From assembly GCF_006345805.1 (NCBI RefSeq), contig NC_043022.1:3720001-3784000 (forward strand): a DNA stretch of 64,000 bases, written 5' to 3'. Origin of the DNA: Octopus sinensis (Eukaryota). The position numbers and the translations under genes are program-made. Under the pieces are notes generated by a model, which did no database searches, was not told the DNA's origin, and saw only the letters and a program-made list of their open reading frames with translations. Numbering within the stretch: the first letter of the stretch is position 1; the number at the start of each line of letters is the position of its first letter. Shown here in pieces: positions 12,453 to 25,513 of the stretch.

Positions 12453-12827
12453 GGTGTGGCTGTGCGGTAAGAAGCTCGCTTCCAAGCCACATGGTTCTGG
12501 GTTCAGTCCCACTGCATGGTACCTTGGGCAAGTCTTTTGCTATAGCCTTGAACCGACCAAAGCCTTGTGAGCGGAGTTCGTCGATGGAAATTGAAAGAAG
12601 CCTGTCATGTATATACATATATATATATATATATAATATATATATATATATATAGGCGCAGGAGTGGCTGTGTGGTAAGTAGCTTGTCTACCAACCACAT
12701 GATTCCGGGTTCAGTCCCACTGCGTGGCATCTTGGGCAAGTGTCTTTTACTATAGCCTCGGGCCGACCAAAGCCTTGGGAGTGGATTTGGTAGACGGAAA
12801 CTGAAAGAAGCCCGTCGTATATGTATA

Positions 12828-12860
<33 letters not shown>

Positions 12861-15120
12861 GCGTTTGTGTGTCTGTGTTTGTCACCCCAACATTGCTTGA
12901 CAACCGATGCTGGTGTGTTTATGTCCCCGTTACTTAGCGGTTCGGCAAAAGAGACCGATAGAATAAGTACTGGGCTTACAAAAGAATAAGTCCCGGGGTC
13001 GAGTTGCTCGATTAAAGGCGGTGCTCCAGCATGGCCGCAGTCAAATGACTGAAACAAGTAAAAGAGTAAAGAAAGAGTATATTTATATATATATATATAT
13101 ATATTTAAGTGTCACCAGCATGGGTGCCATTTTAAGTGTCACCGGCACAGGTACCTTTTACGCATCACTGACATGGGTACCTTTTAATGTGTGATTGATA
13201 CCGGCCACAATCATGATTTCACTTAGCTTGGAACGTCTCCTCAAGCGCAGCAAACCACCAGAAGTCTCGGTCACCTGTCTTTGCGCCTGTGAGACTCAAC
13301 AGGGAAAGATAAGAGGGATTTAAACGAGAAAAGTGTGTCAAAGAGAAACAGGCCACTTTAAATAAGATTACTCGACAGGTGCTGAGAGGGGGGGGGGAAA
13401 GCAATGGATTAACTTGTTATAATCTGGATAATCGTTATCAAAATTAAATTAATGCATATTTAGTGATGCAATTGACAATGATATTTATTAAAGGTGGTGT
13501 TCCAGCATGGCCGCAGTCAAATGATAAACAAATAAAAAAGCAAAAGAGTAATCACCACTGTTGTCGGCATTGAGCAATATCTTTCTCTTACTTGCTTCAA
13601 ACAGACTGTGGTCATGCTGGAGCACTGCTTTGAAGATTTTTTAGTCAAATGAATCAACCCCTGCATTTATTTATTTTTCCTTTAAGCCTGATACTTAACA
13701 AAAATTATTCTTTTCTAGGTGTAGGAGCGGCTGTGTGGTAAGTAGCTTGCTTACCAGCCACATGGTTCCGGGTTCAGCCCCGCTGCGTGGCACCTTGGGC
13801 AAGTGTCTTTTACTACAGCCTCAGGTCGACCAAAGCCTTGTGAGTGGTTTTTGTAGATGGAAACTGAAAGAAGCCCATCGTATATGTATATATATATATA
13901 TATATATAAATATATATGTATGTGTGTGTATATGTTTGTGTGTCTGTGATTGTCTCCCCAACATCGCTTGACAACCGATGCTGGTGTGTTTACGTCCCTG
14001 TAACATAACAGTTCGGCAAAAGAGACTGATAGAATAAGTACTAGGCTTACAAAGAATAAGTCCTTGCTTCGATTTGCTCAACTAAAGGAGGTGCTCCAGC
14101 ATGGCCACAGTCAAATGACTGAAATAAGTAAAAGTGTAAATGAGTACTCTACGCGCAAGGCCCCAAATTTTGGAGGTGGGGCAATCAATTAGATCAACAC
14201 TAGTATGCAACTGGTACTTAATTTATCCACCCCAAAAGGATGAAAGTCAAAGTTGATCTCGATGGAATCTGAACTCAAAATGTAAAGACTGATGAAATAC
14301 CTATTTCTTTATTACCCACAAGGGGCTAAACACAGAGGGGACAAATAAGGACAGACATAGGTATTAAGTCGATTACATCGACCCCAGTGTGTAACTGGTA
14401 CTTAATTTATCGACCCCGAAAGGATGAAAGGCAAAGTCGACCTCGGCAGAATTTGAGCTTAGAACATAACAGCAGACGAAATACCTATTTCTTTATTACC
14501 TACAAGGGGCTAAACACAGAGGGACAAACAAGGACAGACATAGGTATTAAGTCGATTACATCGACCCCAGTGTGTAACTGGTACTTAATTTATCGACCCC
14601 GAAAGGATGAAAGGCAAAGTCGACCTCGGCGGAATTTGAACTCAGGACGTAACGGCAAACGAAATACCACTAATCATTTCGCCCAGCATGCTAACGATTC
14701 TGCCAGCTCGCTGCCTTCCAGATTAAAAAATATTATATATTAGGCACAGGCATGGCTGTGTGGTAAGAAACTTGCTTCCCAACTACATGGTTCTGGGTTC
14801 AGTCCTACTGTGTGACACCTTGGGTAAATGTATTCTTCTAAGGCCTTGGGTTCACCAAAGCCTTGTGAGTGGACTTGGTAGACGGAAACTGAAAGAAGCC
14901 TGTTGTGTGTGTGTCTTTGTTTGTCCCCCTCCATTGCTTGATAACTGGTGTTGGTGTGTTTAAATCCCTGTAACTTAGCAGTTCAGCAAAAGTAACTAAT
15001 AAAATAAGTACTAGGCTTAAAAAAAATTCTAGGGATTGATTCATTCAACTAAAATGTTCTTCAAAGGCAGTGCCCCAGCATGGCCACAGTCTAATGACTG
15101 AAACAAGTGAAAGATAAAAG
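12453..15120 (+). mobile_element. SINE family A copies at about 12453-12610, 12655-13075, 13718-14140, 14742-15120
   Basis: Each has GGCTGTGTGGTAAG...CTTGGGCAAGTG...GAAACTGAAAGAAGCC; the full-length copies also carry the 3' half. Confidence 0.85.
14160..14715 (-). mobile_element. SINE family B multimer
   Basis: Three units of about 178 bp. Confidence 0.8.
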
Positions 15121-15639
15121 ACACTAATTAATTAGCTTGCTGCCACTAAGAAGATAAAGTATGGCTGTAGGGTTTATGTAATGAACCCCTAAAGGGAGGA
15201 CATCTGCAGAGGAGGGGCTGAAGAGAACTTACATAAATAACACTTATAATAATATTATTATATTGATTAATAATATTAAATAGAGGAAAAGGAGGGGTAA
15301 AGATCAGGGGGATGTGACTGAGATAGAAAAACTATATTTCAGTTCCGTTACTCTTAGGTTGTGAGTTCAAACCTTGCTGAGGTTACTGATTTTTATTTTC
15401 ATTTTTTTTCTCCGTCTTTTCAGATTGCAGTTGACAGAGTGATGGAGATGTCACTATAAACATCATCATCATCATCTTCAACATCACTGGACCCTTTAGC
15501 ATTCAGATTACTCTGTCAAATTTAATGCTTATTTATTCACATGGGTTTGAATTAATCATGTATTGTCTTATGGCTTTGAGATTTCAATGAGGTGATTATT
15601 TTTAGGATGACATTGCAGGGGTAGGCACCCACGCCAGTG

Positions 15640-16262
15640 GCATATAAAAAGCACCTTTTGAATGTTGGGCCGCACAGAGGCAATATGGCTGATGCTGGTG
15701 GTGTGTAAAAAGCACCTTTCGAGTGCTGGACCTTACAGAGGCAATGACAAATGACCAAGTCCTTCAGCCACATACCATGCTGGAGTAGAAGACCCATCAA
15801 GCCAACTAAAATCAGTCATGGCAGATACTGGTGCCACGCAAATGGCACCCATGCTGTGCCACGCAAATGGCACCCGTACTGGTGTCACACAAATGGCACC
15901 CATGCTGGCGCCACGCAAATGGCACCCATGCTGGTGTCACGCAAATGACACCCATGCTGGTGCCACGCAAATGGCACCCATGCTGGTGCCACGCAAATGG
16001 CACCCATACTGGTCCCACACAAATGGCACCCATACTGGTGCCACGCAAATGGCACCCATGCAGGTGTCACGCAAATGGCACCCATACTGGTTCCACGTAA
16101 AAGCACCCATTACACTCTTGGAGCGATTTGGTGTAAAGAAAGACATCCAGCCACGAAACAATGCCAAATCAGACTGGGGTCTGGTGCAGCCCCTCAGCTC
16201 ACCAGCCCTCGTCAACCTGTTCAACTCATGACAGCATGGACAATGGATGTTAAATCATGATG
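15640..16262 (+). mobile_element. SINE family C, diverged, with a 26-bp minisatellite (15815-16110)
   Basis: About 10 copies of CTGGTGCCACGCAAATGGCACCCATG, then the family C 3' part and GAT tail. Confidence 0.7.
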
Positions 16263-16267
16263 ATGTA

Positions 16268-17200
16268 TATCAAACAAACTGAAGTACCCACCCTTATATA
16301 TTCTAGATATTTCTGCTCCAGGCTCTCAATGCACACCAATATGTGCGTCAAACAAACTGAAGTACCCAACCATATATATTTCTGCTCCAAGTCCTCCATA
16401 TATACTAATATGTCCATTGAACAAACTGAAGTACCCACCCTTATATATTCTAGATATTTCTGCTCCAGGCCCTCAATGCACACCAATATGTGCGTCAAAC
16501 AAACTGAAGTACCCAACCATATATATTTCTGCTCCAAGTCCTCCATATATACTAATATGTCCATTGAACAAACTGAAGTACCCACCCTTATATATTCTAG
16601 ATATCTCTGCTACAGGCCCTCAATTCATACCAATACATGCATTGAACAAAGTGAAGTACCCACCCTTATATATTCTAGATATCTCTGCTACAGGCCCTCA
16701 ATTCATACCAATACATGCATCAAACAAACTGAAGTACCCACCCTTATATATTCTAGATATCTCTGCTACAGGCCCTCAATTCATACCAATACATGCATTG
16801 AACAAAGTGAAGTACCCACCCTTATATATTCTAGATATCTCTGCTACAGGCCCTCAATTCATACCAATACATGCATCAAACAAACTGAAGTACCCACCCT
16901 TATATATTCTAGATATTTCTGCTACAGGCCCTCAATTCATACCAATACATGCATTGAACAAATTGAAGTACCCACCCTCATATTCTAGATACTACCATAT
17001 CAGACCCTCCCTCTCCAAGACATGCCAATCTGTGCATCAGACATACTGAATTACCCACCCTCAGGTATTTCAGACATTTCCACTCTGGGCCCCTAACACA
17101 TACCAACATGTGCAGCAGACAAGCTGAAATACCCAGCCTCAGGAATTCTAAATATTTCAGCTACAGTCTTTTATGCCGTACTAACACATACACAGCCGAG
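16268..17200. repeat. 78/69-bp minisatellite with higher-order structure
   Basis: Unit AAACAAACTGAAGTACCCACCCTTATATATTCTAGATAT...; order 78-69-78-69, then about 5 x 78, then diverged copies. Confidence 0.9.
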
Positions 17201-18101
17201 TAGAAGCAGAACAGCTATCTACCCTTATCGCTATTTACCCTTATTGCTATTTACCCTTCAAACCAGAAAAATTACACATTAATTACTTTTGCAGTGAGAA
17301 CAATATAAACATAAACAAAAATAATAATAATAAATCTGACCCCTTGCAAATCCCCTTGTTTACCATTTAAGGCAAAGATTACTAAAAAGAGATTGTTTGT
17401 AACTAAAACAGAAAGTAATATTCTTATGATTCTAGCCATAAGAGTTATCAGCTGTCGGCACCGTCATCACCGTCGTCGTCCGTCATCGTCAGCGACTGTT
17501 AAAGCTGACTGTTATGTTATTTTCTATTTTGGTTTCACAGTCAGATGATATAATTAACGAGAACACATCAGGAGCATTGATATGGTCAGGTTAACATATG
17601 GTGCAACACACAAACCACAGACTCAGCTTTCTGTCTTCGCTGTCTGTCCCGCCCACACCCCATAACCCCCACGTCCGCTTCTAGGGTTCCTTTCGGTAAG
17701 ATTATATGCCAATATTATTTTACTGGTTTCAGGCTTTACACTGTGACTGTGCTGCAGCATTTGCATCGAAGTGTTTCAAATCCACCCCCTAAATAGCCAC
17801 AACACACACACACCCTGGGACTCAACTAATTCTTTTGTTCCTTTCAGTCATTCGACTGCAGCCATGCTGGAGCACTGCCTTTAGTCGAACAAATCAACTC
17901 CAGGACTTATTCTTTGTAAGCCTATTACTTATTCTATTGGTCTCTTTTGCTGAACTGCTAAGTTACAGGGATGTAAACACACCAACATTAGTTGTCAAGC
18001 AATGCTTTTAAATAAAGCATATTACTCTACCTCTGGTATTTGAGTACTTTTTTTTCCACCTTGTTTCACATTTATGTGCTTACTCCAGTATATATATATA
18101 C

Positions 18102-18300
18102 TTTATAATTAGGGTTCAGCAAAGATTTGCCAAAAGACCTTAGCTATTTCTTCTACTTTAAAAAGGGACTCCCAGAAAAACCAAAATACTTGAAAACAAT
18201 CCCCGTGGATTGTTTTCAAGAAATAGCTAAGGTTTTTTGGCTGCTATTTCTAAACTTCGGTATGTGGTAAAACAAATCTTTGCTGAACCCTAATTATAAA
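18102..18300. mobile_element. MITE with perfect 28-bp terminal inverted repeats
   Basis: TTTATAATTAGGGTTCAGCAAAGATTTG ... CAAATCTTTGCTGAACCCTAATTATAAA. A related partial copy lies at about 41570-41685. Confidence 0.7.
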
Positions 18301-18371
18301 ATATTACTTAAGTTTACCATATATATATATATATATATATTGTACATACATATATATCATACATGCATATC

Positions 18372-18542
18372 GGCGCAGGAGTGGCTGTGTGGTAAGTAGC
18401 TTGCTTACCAACCACATGGTTCCAGGTTCAGTCCCACTGCATGGCATCTTGAGCAAGTGTCTTCTGCTATAGCCCCGAGCCGACCAATGCCTTGTAAGTG
18501 GATTTGGTAGACGGAAACTGAAAGAAGCCTGTCGTATATATG

Positions 18543-18583
<41 letters not shown>

Positions 18584-18825
18584 TATATATATATGCGTGT
18601 GTGTGTTCGTGTGTCTGTGTTTGTCCCCCTAGCATTGCTTGACAACCGATGCTGGTGTGTTTACGTCCCCGTCACTTAGCGGTTCGGCAAAAGAGACCGA
18701 TAAAATAAGTACTGGGCTTACAAAGAATAAGTCCCGGGCTCGATTTGCTCGACTAAAGGCAGTGCTCCAGCATGGCTGCAGTCAAATGACAAAAAAATAA
18801 AAAGAAAAAAAAAGAGATATCATAC

Positions 18826-18866
<41 letters not shown>

Positions 18867-19064
18867 ACATACATATATATCATACATGCATATCGGCGCA
18901 GGAGTGGCTGTGTGGTAAGTAGCTTGCTTACCAACACATGGTTCCAGGTTCAGTCCCACTGCATGGCATCTTGAGCAAGTGTCTTCTGCTATAGCCCCGA
19001 GCCGACCAATGCCTTGTAAGTAGATTTGGTAGACGGAAACTGAAAGAAGCCTGTCGTATATATG

Positions 19065-19114
<50 letters not shown>

Positions 19115-19320
19115 TGTGTGTGTTCGTGTGTCTGTGTTTGTCCCCCTAGCATTGCTTGACAACCGATGCTGGTGTGTTTACGTCCCCGTCACTTAGCGGT
19201 TCGGCAAAAGAGACCGATAAAATAAGTACTGGGCTTACAAAGAATAAGTCCCGGGCTCGATTTGCTCGACTAAAGGCAGTGCTCCAGCATGGCTGCAGTC
19301 AAATGACAAAAAAATAAAAA
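18372..19320 (+). mobile_element. SINE family A tandem pair (18372-18800, 18893-19320)
   Basis: Two almost identical copies that also share their flanks. Confidence 0.85.
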
Positions 19321-19734
19321 GAAAAAAAAAGAGATATCATACATATACATATATATATATATATCATACATACATATAAATATATGTATATATCATACAT
19401 ACATATATATATGTATATACATATATATGTATACCTATGTCATATACATTCCCCAATGTGCACTTGAAGTCATTCATCTGCATGAATGCATTTCACCGAT
19501 TGCCGTTCTGGCGAGTGAGAATGGGTGTGAAGCGAGGTGGGGTGGTGGGGTGGGCAGAGGGAAACGAGAAACCACAAAGCAATTAATTGTTACCTCACAG
19601 GAAAAAACAAACCGAGGCGAACCAATATCGAAGGCCGGTCTTTTAGAAGTTAAGGAGGAACTACGGAACCAACCAGCAAGCGGATCTCGTTTCAGTTGTG
19701 CACCTGGCGCCACTGCCACCCTTCCTGCTCTCAC

Positions 19735-20605
19735 CACCACCACCACCACCACCATTACTACCACAACCATTACTATCACGAATACCACTACTGTCAATAC
19801 AACTACCACCACCACTATCACCACAACTACCACCACCACCACCACCACCATAACTATTTTCACCACCACCACCACTATCACCACAACTACCACCACCACC
19901 ACCACCACTACTACCACAACCATTACTATCACCAATATCACTACTGTCACTACAATTACCACCACTACTGCCATCACCACAACCGTTGCTGCTGCCACCA
20001 CCACCACCATTACTATCATCAACACCACTACTGTCACAACTACCACCACTACTGCTACCACTGCCATCACCACCACCATCATCACTGCTGCCACCACCAC
20101 CACCACCACAACCATTATCACCACCACCTCCATTACTATCACCAATACCACTACTGTCACTAAAACTACCGCCACCACGACCATTGCTGCTGCCACCACT
20201 ACCACCACCACCACCACTACCACCACAACCATTATCACCACCACCCCCATTACTATCACTACAACTACCACCACTACTGCCACCACGACCATTGCCGCTG
20301 CCACCACCACCACCACTACCACCACAACCATTATCACCACCACCCCCATTACTATCACCAATACCACTACTGTCACTACAACTACCACCACTACTGCCAC
20401 CACGACCATTGCCGCTGCCACCACCACCACTACCACCACAACCATTATCACTACCCCCATTACTATCACCAATACCACTACTGTCACTACAACTACCACC
20501 ACTACCGCCACCACCACCACCATCATCACTGCTGTCACCACCACCACCACAAACTTTACCACTTCCACCACTAACACCATCACCACAACCATTATCACCA
20601 CCTCC
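19735..20605. repeat. Degenerate (ACC/ACT)n triplet array with internal higher-order duplications
   Basis: Reads as poly-Thr on the + strand. Blocks such as TTPITITNTTTVTTTTTTTATTTIAAA recur. Confidence 0.9.
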
Positions 20606-21294
20606 GCCATCACCCTAGTGTGGTCATTGTTTTTGTAATTATTGCACCCTCTCTCTCTCCCCCTCATCCTCCTCCTTTCTCTCTCTCCCCCCTCTCCCCT
20701 CCTCCTTTCTCTCTCTCTTCCCTTCTCCCCTCCTCCTTTCTCTCTCTCTTCCCTTCTCCCCTCCTCCTTTCTCTCCCCCTCTCCCCCAGTTTTGTATCCA
20801 TTCCAAATGCCATTACGATTGTAGCTTGGCATGTAACATTACTATTTTACTATAATTACCGTCGCTGGTGAAACTGTTATTACCGCGTGGGAGGAGTGGG
20901 TGTAGGTAGAAGCTGCAATGGAGTAGAAGGCAGCGTGTGGGGGTGGGGGCAGAGCAGTAGTGAGATTCTGACTAATCACCTCCATGAACCAGTTTCAAAT
21001 CCTACCCTGGAACTGTTCCACATCACCTTGACGTCACCAGCAGACATTTCAGATAAGGCATAAACACCACAGCTTCCCATTTATTTCCCACCATTTATGA
21101 CCATCATGCAAGAAAGTCGTATGACTAAAAGATATAGTCTGAGATACACGATGAATGAACAAACGACAGGATGGTCATGGCTAGAGAGCCTTTGACTGTA
21201 AGTCTGATGGAACAGATCCAACTTGAGGATAAACAAAAAAATTTTGCTTTTAGTATTGTTTTTCTTTGATTTTTTTTCTTTTTTCTACATCATC

Positions 21295-21960
21295 ATCATC
21301 ATCATTTAATGTCCATTTTCCATGCTGGCATGGGTTGGACAGTTTGACTGAAAACTGGTATGGCTGGAGAGCTGCACCAGACTCCAGTCTGATTTGGCAT
21401 GGTTTCTACAGCTAGATGCCCTTCCTAATGCCAACCACTCCAAGAGTGTAGTGGGTGCTATTTATGTGCCCCCGGCATGGGTGCCCTTCACCTGACACTG
21501 GCATCGGCCACGACTATGATCTCACTTGGCTTGACAAGTCTACACAAGCACCGTATATTGCCAAAGGTCTTGGTTACCTGTCACTGCCTCCGTGAGGTCC
21601 AACACTCAAACGGTGCCTTTTACATGCCACCAGCTCAGGTGCCAGTCAGATGGCACAGTCATCAGCCATGACTATGGTTTCACTTGGCTTAACAGGTCTT
21701 CTCAAGCACATTATATTGCCAAAGATCTTAGTCACCTGTCATTGCTTCCGTGGGGTCCAACACACGAACGGTGCCTTTTACATGCCACCAGCTCAGGTGC
21801 CAGTCAGATGGCACAGTCATCAGCCATGACTATGGTTTCACTTGGCTTAACAGGTCTTCTCAAGCACATTATATTGCCAAAGGTCTTAGTCACCTGTCAT
21901 TGCCTCCGTGGAGTCCAACACACGAACGGTGCCTTTTACATTCCACCAGCTCAGGTGCCA
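21295..21960 (-). mobile_element. SINE family C with a 158-bp internal tandem repeat
   Basis: (CAT)n tail at about 21295 and the family body. GCCAAAG recurs at 21560, 21718 and 21876. Confidence 0.75.
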
Positions 21961-22012
21961 ATCACATTGAAATGTGTAAGGCCCAATGTTGAAACCATTA
22001 ATTAGAACTTTA

Positions 22013-22115
22013 GTACTAGCTATGGCAGTACATATTCTAAGATTGGAATGATACAGAAGATTAGCATGGCTCCTGTACAAGGACGACAGGCAAATTTGTG
22101 AAGCATTCTATATTT
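22013..22115 (+). pseudogene. U6: U6 snRNA pseudogene (full length, mutated)
   Basis: GTACTAGCTATGGCAGTACATATTCTAAGATTGGAATGATACAGAAGATTAGCATGGCTCCTGTACAAGGACGACAGGCAAATTTGTGAAGCATTCTATATTT is colinear with metazoan U6 from G1 to the 3' U-tract. The ACAGAGA box has lost 2 nt and several CpG-type transitions are present, so it is probably non-functional. Confidence 0.9.
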
Positions 22116-22321
22116 CAAGGTGGCAACCTGGCAGAATTGTTAGCATGCCAGATGAAAAGCTTATCAGAATTTTGCCTGTCTTTATGACCCTGAGTTCAAA
22201 TTCTGCAGAGGTTGATAAATTTTGGGGTCAATAAAGTAAGTACCAATGAAACACTGGGGTTGATGTAATCGATCAAACCCTTCCTCACAAATTTCGGGCC
22301 TTGTGGCTTTTAGTAGAAAGG
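22116..22321 (+). mobile_element. SINE family B, fused to the 3' end of U6
   Basis: The head AAGGTGGCAACCTGGCAGAATTGTTAGC follows the U6 U-tract directly, and the copy ends in the family 3' sequence AGTAGAAAGG. A second diverged copy follows at about 22340-22490. Confidence 0.8.
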
Positions 22322-23338
22322 ATTATTTAGAGCTTTAGCTAAGGTAGCGAGCTGGCAGAACCATTAGGACACAAGACAAAAATGCTGAAATACATTTTGG
22401 CCAACTTTGCATTCTGAGTTCAAATTCTGTCAAGGTTGACTTATCCTTTCCGGCTCGATAAAATAAGTGCCAGCCAAGTACTGAGATTTAATCCACCAGC
22501 CACAATACTGACTAACAAAGATTGCAAACATCATTCCCAGTTTTACTCAAGCAAAGATGTGAGATGTCCCCTACTCATTCGCCTTTTGCGCTTTCTCTCA
22601 CCGCCATCTGTTTCAAGGACCCTAATTAAGGGTCATGAGTACATTTCTGCATTCTTAAGAAAAATAAACTAACCTCCAATGTTTTAGAGACACAGGAGTT
22701 AACTTCATGTGGAGCCTCACAAATTCATCAGAATCCCCTTTTTGAGGTCCTATAATATTAGTCAGATGCACTTTTAATGATCTCTTCCTACTCCCACTTC
22801 TAAGGGTTTTTTTTAATTCCCTCCAGCTATGATAGTGACAAGGATCATAAATATTATTCCAAGCATCACTCAAGCAAAGATCTGAGCCGTCCCCTACTCA
22901 AGCACCTTTGGCCCATTCTCCCAAACCTGTCTCAAGGACCCAAACAGGGGTCACAAGTACATCCCTACTAAACAAACTATACTCCAACATTTTAGGGACA
23001 CAGAGATTAGCCTCATGTGAAACCCTATGAATTCATCAGGATTCCTTTTTTGGGGTCATATTTTACAGTCGGATGCCCTTTGAGTGACCCCTTAGAACAC
23101 ACAGGGATACAGTACACCAGACTAGACTTAGTGATCTATATACTAAACTACAGACGATACTACGTGCAGTAATCTTCTAAAATATTCATCTTTGTGGTTT
23201 GGGATTAGCGAGAAACAGTTATTTTCTCTCGTTAAGAATGGAATTTGAGATCTGAAGATGCTGACACATAATGCAGGGCCAATTATTGTTTCGTGTGTGT
23301 GAATGAGGTAATAACTTCACCCAGGTAATTAAGGGCCG

Positions 23339-23376
<38 letters not shown>

Positions 23377-23859
23377 AGAGGGAAAGGAGAAACTGAAATA
23401 CAATGTGTTTGAGAAAGACAGAAAAATGTGTGAATACATGCACACATATATACATACATGAAGATATACACACATATATATACACACACATTATACACAC
23501 ATAGCTATACCCATATGAAACCATATTCACTCACTCGAAAATGATGAACATATCTCTCACACACATTGAAGCATACACATTAATATCCATATGTTTACAC
23601 ATATATACACACATATATATATACACATACACACATAAATGCACACAATAATCATGTTTACACACACACACACATTAATACTCCTATGTTTTTACACATA
23701 CATAAATATGCGTGCACACACAGTAATTACACATATGTTCACACATACATGTACCAATGCATACACACACACACAAATATACACACAAGTCCTCATACAA
23801 ATATATACACATGTCGTCACACATTCATTCATTCATATAAATACGCACACATAATTATC

Positions 23860-24730
23860 CACACACATATATACACGCACAAGTCTTCACACACACACAC
23901 ACACACACATACACACATATATACACGCACAAGTCTTCACACACACACACACACGCGCGAGTGCAGTTACGCAAGTCTTCACACATACACACGCACAAGT
24001 CTTCACACACATGCACAACCACACACACACACGCAGTTACACAAGTCTTCACACACATGCACACACACACACATGCACACACACACACATGCACACACAC
24101 ACACATGCACACACACACATGCACACACACACACATGCACACACACACACACGCAGTTACACAAGTCTTCACACACATGCACACACACACACATGCACAC
24201 ACAAACACATGCACACACACACACATCACACACACACACATCACACAACAACACCACACAGCACACACACATGCACAAACACACACATGCACACACACAC
24301 ACATGCACACACACACATGCACACACACACACATGCACACACACACACACAAATATACATGCACAATCTTCACACATGCACACTATGCACACACACACAC
24401 ACAAGTCTTCACACACACACACACACAACACCATACACACACACACAAATATACATGCACAAGTCTTCACCCACATGCACACACACACACGCAGTTACAC
24501 AGTCTTCACACACATGCACACACACACATGCACACACACACACATGCACACACACACACATGCACACACACACACATGCACACACACACACACATGCACA
24601 CACACATGCACACACACACATGCACACACACACACATGCACACACACACACACACACGCAGTTACACAAGTCTTCACACAAAAACAAACCAACACACACA
24701 CACGCATTCACAAACACACACACACACACG
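23860..24730. repeat. (CA)n-derived satellite with recurring CACGCAGTTACACAAGTCTTCAC anchors
   Basis: Directly visible. Confidence 0.9.
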
Positions 24731-25259
24731 TTAGCATTTAAGCACCACCACCCCCCACCCCACCCCACCCCACCCCGCCTCCCTGGCATACATATAAATA
24801 ATAAACAGAATATGTTTATGAAACCCGTAACCCAAAGAGAGATTTCAGTGACACAAAGTAACCGAAAACGCCACCCGAGTCAAACAAATGACATTTTGAT
24901 ATCTCGCACCCCCACCAGATTCTGCTTGTCTGTAGACATTGCATAACGGTTCCTATGGCAGCAGCGCTTACCGAAATAGCATCACAACACGAAAATAATG
25001 TGCCAAACAGATGGGGGCGAAAATAGCAGAGATTACACGAGAAGGGGGGAAGAAAAAATGCTTTTGTAGTGAAACAAAAATGACTAAAGTTGCAAACAGC
25101 CAACCTCAGTACAAACACACTAATAACAAAAAAGAAAAAAATAATAATAACATTGAGAGCCATTATGTGGTTATATACTGTGCTAGAAATAGCAGCTAAA
25201 TTTCCATCAAATTCTATCTAGCTTAATCGTTTTGTTACCATATTGCTGTTGAAATACAG

Positions 25260-25482
25260 TGTTTACTCTTTTACTCTTTTACTTGTTTCAGTCATTTGAC
25301 TGCGGCCATGCTGGAGCCGCCTTTAGTCGAGCAAATCGACCCCGGGACTTATTCTTTGTAAGCCCAGTACTTATTCTATCGGTCTCTTTTGCCGAACCGC
25401 TAAGTGACGGGGACGTAAAACACCAGCATCGGTTGTCAAGCAATGCTAGGGGACAAACACAGACACACAAAACACACACACA

Positions 25483-25513
<31 letters not shown>

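Noticed and set aside
13219-13290. Minus-strand terminal exon GAKTGDRDFWWFAALEETFQAK* (similarly VIEFYWKTYKGSCLK* at about 27517-27565)
   Set aside because: Good acceptors, but the reading needs phase 1 whereas the TRAF4 exon ends in phase 2, and there is no homology.
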